Of a stretch of 64,000 bases of DNA, positions 59,571 to 64,000 are shown in pieces (the stretch's first letter is position 1; every line of letters begins with the position of its first letter). The stretch is taken from NCBI RefSeq assembly GCF_037042905.1, contig NC_087248.1, positions 21,886,001-21,950,000 of the forward strand, in the 5' to 3' direction. This DNA is from Lytechinus pictus (taxonomy: Eukaryota). The notes beneath the pieces were generated by a model. The model was given only the letters and a program-made list of their open reading frames with translations. It ran no database searches and was not told the origin of the DNA. A program made the translations under genes and the position numbers.

Positions 59571-62374
59571 TTAAGTTAGTGAATGAACTTCACAAATGCA
59601 TGCCATTCAGTTTTGAAATATTTGTTGCTCTGCTTGGCAAGATTTTATGTCATTTCTTAACATCTGCTTGAAATTTGAATGTTTTTATTTTGGATAGATT
59701 GGAGATAAATCTGTCCCAGTAACACATACCAACTTAATATTTTCTAATGGTTGATTTACTTCTTAAGACTACTATGTCAATATTTCACTGGAAATGTCCA
59801 TAACTTTTGATGTACTCTTCAGAAATTATGAGAAATATGAAGTTTAAATTAAAAACATGAAGCTTGAGTGTTGCTAAAAAGCCAAAAAGTGGCTTTTGTG
59901 TGGAATTTGAACTCATCTTAATAAATGAGGGGATTGCAAAATTTTGTTTTAATAATTTAATGAACACATTTGAAATAGTCATTTATCTTAATTTCCATCA
60001 TTGGGGAGAAGCCTTGCATTCTATTTTCATAGATTATTCATCAAACTCATAGATAGAAAACTGTTAGACAATTTGGAAAAAAAAATGGAGAATGTTTGTG
60101 AAGTGGACCAACATTGGAATGTGGGGTATTTCCTAAAGGGGGAAAATGTGCATTTGATTTTATTTCTTGGAAAGGAGTTTGAAAGTGCTGTCATCTTTAT
60201 CATATACAGCAGCTGTTTAGCACTATAATTTCATTTTGTATGATGTAGCTTACAAGTTATCTTGACATGCCAAATTATGTTAATTCTTGTTTCAATGATA
60301 CATGTGTGTAGATTTAGCATTTAGAAAATTGTTTAATTCAGCTTTTTATTTTTAATACATGATTATCACATGTACATTGGTATATTGTCAATTCAAGTTG
60401 AATCCTTCCCTCATTTTATTGACGAGGAGTTAGAGAAGGAAAACCTCCCATTCCATATTTTGTATGATATTTTATTTTCTATTTTAAACATAACGTTTGA
60501 ATTTGTCACTCTTTCATAGTTTTGTAAGGGATTAGTTTTAGAATGAAACAAAGGAACATGATTCCATTTCAACCACTGCCATTGTGTCAGTTGACAAGTC
60601 ATTTTATATGCATTTGGTACTCTCCACCCAGGGGCCTGTAACATATACTTCAATCAGTTATAGTTTATTATATAACTGCAAATCTACATGTATATTAAAC
60701 AGCAAAAAGTTCAATGGTGGTATCTATTTATGGTGTTATTGTAAATTGGTCAAAACTCTCAGTTGGGGAAAATCTTCTGTTTTAAGAGCTGATATTGCTA
60801 CATGTACATGTAGCCTAGCAGTGATGAGTTAAGGATGTCTTATATCAATCGATATATTTGAAATTTTGATTGAAACGTACATGTAAAGGGTGTTCACCTA
60901 TTTTTCACATTTATTTTATGTATTTCCATTCGAAACGGCATTTTCAGTTCATACATGCATATTGGCGTTATTTTCCACTTAGTGGATTTTTTTAATTGCA
61001 TACTTATAGTTTCTGTGATCTAAATCATTGACGATTTGGGGGAACCTACATGATATCTTAGGAACCTGGTACAGAATAATTAGTCTGAAACAAATTTATT
61101 TGTTTTGAAATTTGAGAAGATTATTATTTGGTTTATTAAAACATTTTATGTACCAGCCCAAAGATCCTTTAATATTAAAAGATAAATCAAAAGGCCTAAC
61201 ATAGAGAGGCCTTCAAATATAATTTGATGTCGGGGTTGGAATAAGGACTTGACCTTGACCCTTTTACATAATCAGATTCACAACTCAAGTAGATATTATG
61301 AATGTTACAGAAATGTGCAAAAACAAAAAAAAGAGAAGGTTATAACAAAGGATCGTATATGTTGTAGATTTTTCATGCATTTATTTTATTTTCCAAAGGA
61401 ATAGTCTTATAAGGCCTATGCCTTCAGTCTTAGCCAGTACATTAGAATGAACTGTAGTATGTAACTGTGTATGTAGCAAAGATTTGGTTATTTGTGTTTA
61501 TTAGACTATAGATAGTCTACCATACACTATATGCTCGGTTTGAACTTCATTTTTGCTTTTGCATCCAATATATTTGTTTAATAATACTTTTACCTCATGT
61601 TTTGTACTGTATATGATGCTTTGAGAGAATTTATTTTTGGCTTGTACATGTCCCAAGTGTGCGGGGAAAATGTCCAATTGTTATGTTGCATTTACTCCTA
61701 ATGTCAATCCCCTCCCCACCCCCTTCAACCCTCCATTTCAGTTGTTTTCATTACCGTCAATTGCTTTCACACCTGCTATTACAAAAAAAGGAGAAAATAC
61801 TCGCTGCATTTATTTTGAAACATTGCAAACTTTTTAGTATATTCCTGGAAGAAAATTCAACTTATTCGCTAACATTACAAAGGTATTAGTAAACAAATAC
61901 TGAACTTTGATTCCTGTTGTATTTGACATTGTCCGTATGGATGAAAAATCCAGGAAGAAAAAAATCAAATATGTGCAGACACTTTCAGTCGGGGACTGAG
62001 AAATGGTAATAGGTGATTTTCTCCAGAAATGGGTATGTAAGCAAATTATCTAGCCATACATTTGTATGAACTTTTGATGTCAAAATGCAAAACAAATGCA
62101 CATAATTTGCTATTGGATTTCAAGCTGGTATTTTCTAGTTTTTTTTTTTCAGGTTCAGGCAGGTGTGAATGTCTCCAAAGAAATGAATTGGCTATTTTAG
62201 ACTGGAAAAAAAATGTAATTTATGTGTAACTGCCTAAATTAACCATGTACAGTATTTAGTCTACCCATTACCAGACTCCTCCTTATCTATACACCCAGTA
62301 GATGGTCTGCACACATTGTAGACACAATCCTTACATGATGTTATTTGTGCCGCTTCTGTCACTTGTTGATTATA

Positions 62375-62625
62375 CACTGCAAAAACTCCGGTGTTGATTT
62401 AACACCAGCCCGGAATATGTAATGTATATGACCACACCACAGAAGTATTGAAACAACACCAGTTTGGAATCAAACCGATGCTGTTTTGATACTAATTGGT
62501 GTTGTGTAAACAACACCTATCTGGTGTTAGACCAAAACCAAACTGGTGTTGTTTAACACTTCTCTGGTGTGGACATATATTAGATTCCGGGCTGGTGTTA
62601 AATCAACACCAGAGTTTTTGCAGTG
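62375..62625. mobile_element. Palindromic MITE with CACTG ends and TA flanks
   Basis: TA|cactgcaaaaactccggtgttgatttaacaccagcccggaat...attccgggctggtgttaaatcaacaccagagtttttgcagtg|TA. Confidence 0.85.
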
Positions 62626-63337
62626 TAATGTCAATTCGGGTCTGTGTCTGCAGACTAGCATATACATGTATTCACTCAAAACATACATGTTCATTAAACA
62701 ATTGATTTTGATTACAAATTAGGTTGTGTCTATACAACTACTAAGTACATGTACAGATATGTTTGCTTTCAGATATTTACATTCTGATTGCCACTCAGTC
62801 GTGTACAGTAGAATGAATACAATACGATGTATTATGAGCATATTTTAAAATCTATCCAGGCAGTTGAGACAAGTTGTTCAAGCAGGATTTCTGGCCAGTT
62901 GATTAAAAGGAGTTATTTGAAAATAGAAAGTTAACAAGGAATTTCATTTGATGGACAAACATGTTTATCTTGAAGGTGCAAATGAGAAAGGCTTATGATT
63001 ATCTTGTTTGATAAAGCATGTACACTCACTCGTACATCAAAGAAAGAATGCATATAAGAAAGCATAAAATGCATCTCAGTTATGCACTGTTCAGCTATGT
63101 CACCAATGATCAGGTATCATGCTTGTTGACATCTTGAACTGCACTAAAGTGTATCAAAATACCAAAATCTATGGCAACACATTGTAATTTTGTAGTCCTA
63201 TATTTCAAGTAGTTTGTCCTTGGCCACATCCATGTAGGCTTAGAATGTAGAAATATACATTGTAAGAAGACTTCCAATGGAAGATAACTCTCCAAGCCAA
63301 CTTAAAATTTGTCCACTATGAGTTATCATTTGATGAT

Positions 63338-63560
63338 GGTGTCCTCAGGGGAGGGGTGTCCTCTGGGAGGGATATCCTCTGGGGGGATATCCTTTGGGAG
63401 GGGTGTCCTCAGGGAGGGATATCCTATGGCAAAGGGTGTCCTCTAGGGAGGGGTGTCCTCTGGGAGGGATATCCTATTGGGATGGGTGTCCTCTGGGGAG
63501 GGGTGTCCTCAGGGGAGGGGTGTCTTCTGGGAGGCATGTCCTCTGGGGAGGGGTATCCTC
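63338..63560. repeat. G-rich 17-18-bp minisatellite
   Basis: About a dozen degenerate ggggaggggtgtcctct units. Confidence 0.85.
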
Positions 63561-64000
63561 TTGTGTCTAGGGAGTGTTGTCCATTGCATGGAGCTCATCT
63601 CAAGTGAAGATGTGGTCCTAAGCCGGGGGGGGGGGGGGGATATTCCATGTGGGAATTATCCTCTTACAAGGGTGTACATGACTTTTGTAGAGGCATGTGA
63701 CAAGAGAGTATTATAGGAAGCTTTAGAGAGCATGGATGGTCTTTAAATTGAAACATTTTCATCTGTTTTTGCCTCTTTGTATTGAACTTGCAGAAACAAG
63801 CAATATGGTTTTATTTGAAGTCGTAACTTTTTATTTAATTTTCTTCATCTTTCATTCCCTCTTGAGATTCATAACCAGGTATATTCCTGTGTGTAACTGT
63901 ATGTATGGTATGACCATGATGTGTAGAGAAAGAAATGAATGCTTTTTAATACATGTATGAAGATGATCACTCATTGACTTATTGACTTGTATGTTTTAAG

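Overview
Intron-rich, AT-rich animal genomic DNA from a draft assembly with four N-gaps. The repeat content suggests a marine invertebrate deuterostome such as a sea urchin (inference). Four protein-coding genes can be reconstructed by hand with GT-AG introns and consistent phases: UPRT (+, 6 exons), RPS4 (-, 7 exons, 5'TOP start), SYAP1 (+, 9 exons, head-to-head with RPS4) and a single-ORF headcase/HECA (+). One exon of an unidentified minus-strand gene lies divergent from UPRT. Non-coding highlights: two paralogous H/ACA snoRNA candidates in RPS4 introns, and two unrelated families of minimal hammerhead-ribozyme (Penelope-like pLTR) insertions in SYAP1 introns. One of these copies is a head-to-head inversion whose junction falls exactly at the predicted ribozyme cleavage site. 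The rest is a dense mosaic of non-autonomous DNA transposons (hAT, Kolobok-, piggyBac-, Harbinger-, MULE-, Sola- and Tc1-like), two tRNA-derived SINEs, a LINE 3' fragment and simple repeats. No database searches were run. Family assignments rest on termini, target-site duplications (TSDs) and recalled motifs.
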